Assembly (NCBI GenBank): GCA_903831815.1
Contig: CAIKZC010000009.1
Span: 5,576-69,575, forward strand
Length of the DNA: 64,000 bases
From: an uncultured bacterium
Lineage (GTDB): Bacteria > Patescibacteriota > Minisyncoccia > Phycocordibacterales > UBA11359
Reading direction: 5' to 3'
Part shown: piece after piece, positions 63,887 through 64,000 of the stretch
How the letters are laid out: each line of letters starts with the position of its first letter
How positions within the stretch are numbered: position 1 is the stretch's first letter
The notes under the pieces: model-generated
Database searches by the model: none
The model's input: the letters and a program-made list of their open reading frames with translations, nothing else
Told to the model about the DNA's origin: nothing
Position numbers and translations under genes: made by a program

Positions 63887-64000
63887 TATGGACGTCAAAC
63901 GACATCCTTATTATAAGTATCCGGTGGTTGTTTATCGAGATAACCCACCGGCAACCGGCATCGATGGTAGATTGGCTCGATACAGGATCGAAGTCCTCGA
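63887..64000 (+). CDS. Hypothetical protein, N-terminal fragment (the window ends); moderately GC-shifted
   Basis: GGGAGG 5 nt upstream of the ATG; MDVKRHPYYKYPVVVYRDNPPATGIDG... Confidence 0.3.

Noticed and set aside
1-64000. CRISPR arrays, integrases, transposases, phage structural genes, restriction-modification or other recognisable defence systems
   Set aside because: No spaced direct-repeat arrays, and no ORF with recombinase, transposase, Cas or restriction signatures was found on either strand. The accessory content consists of ORFans and small peptides instead.
1-64000. Alternative genetic code (UGA recoding, as in some CPR lineages)
   Set aside because: All conserved genes (dnaK, gltX, aspS, rpoA, dnaB and others) are full length with standard stops, so code 11 fits.

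Overview
This 64 kb window looks like housekeeping chromosome from a low-GC, small-genome bacterium that uses the standard genetic code. GC is roughly 40% by eye. Gene content and style suggest a Patescibacteria/CPR-like (possibly Saccharibacteria-like) lineage, but that is inference. I see no rRNA, tRNA, CRISPR array, integrase or transposase.

Recognisable core genes:
- Cell-wall fragment on the minus strand: gltX, murG, ftsW, mraY, a D-Ala-D-Ala carboxypeptidase, scpB and scpA.
- aspS with a T-box leader, then trpS, a SAM-dependent methyltransferase and folD.
- A multi-TM histidine kinase translationally coupled to a SET-domain methyltransferase.
- GNAT acetyltransferase, M16 peptidase, ABC exporter, and grpE-dnaK-dnaJ.
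- An orphan MazF-like toxin and an APH-like kinase.
- A contiguous ribosomal/RNAP block: rpsI, rplM, rplQ, rpoA, rpsD, rpsK, rpsM, rpmJ, infA.
- rpmA, a large YVTN beta-propeller surface protein with a peptidoglycan-binding domain, rplI, CtpA, a CorA-like transporter, cysS, dnaB, recR, rplU and rmuC.

The accessory signal that stands out:
- About ten short, visibly higher-GC ORFan genes or cassettes, each with its own sigma70-like promoter, Shine-Dalgarno and hairpin terminator, sit between the AT-rich core genes.
- Several small-protein genes are missing from or misplaced in the ORF track: a 53-aa Asp/Gly/Cys-rich peptide, a 31-aa Lys/Arg-rich peptide, and three tandem single-TM peptides.
- A T-box riboswitch precedes aspS.
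- A GC-rich core flanked by a perfect 13-bp inverted repeat lies in an intergenic region.
- Several genes appear to be leaderless, with an extended -10 box 6-7 nt upstream of the ATG.

I cannot assign any known defence or mobile system. The most novel content is the set of GC-shifted ORFan cassettes and small peptides.
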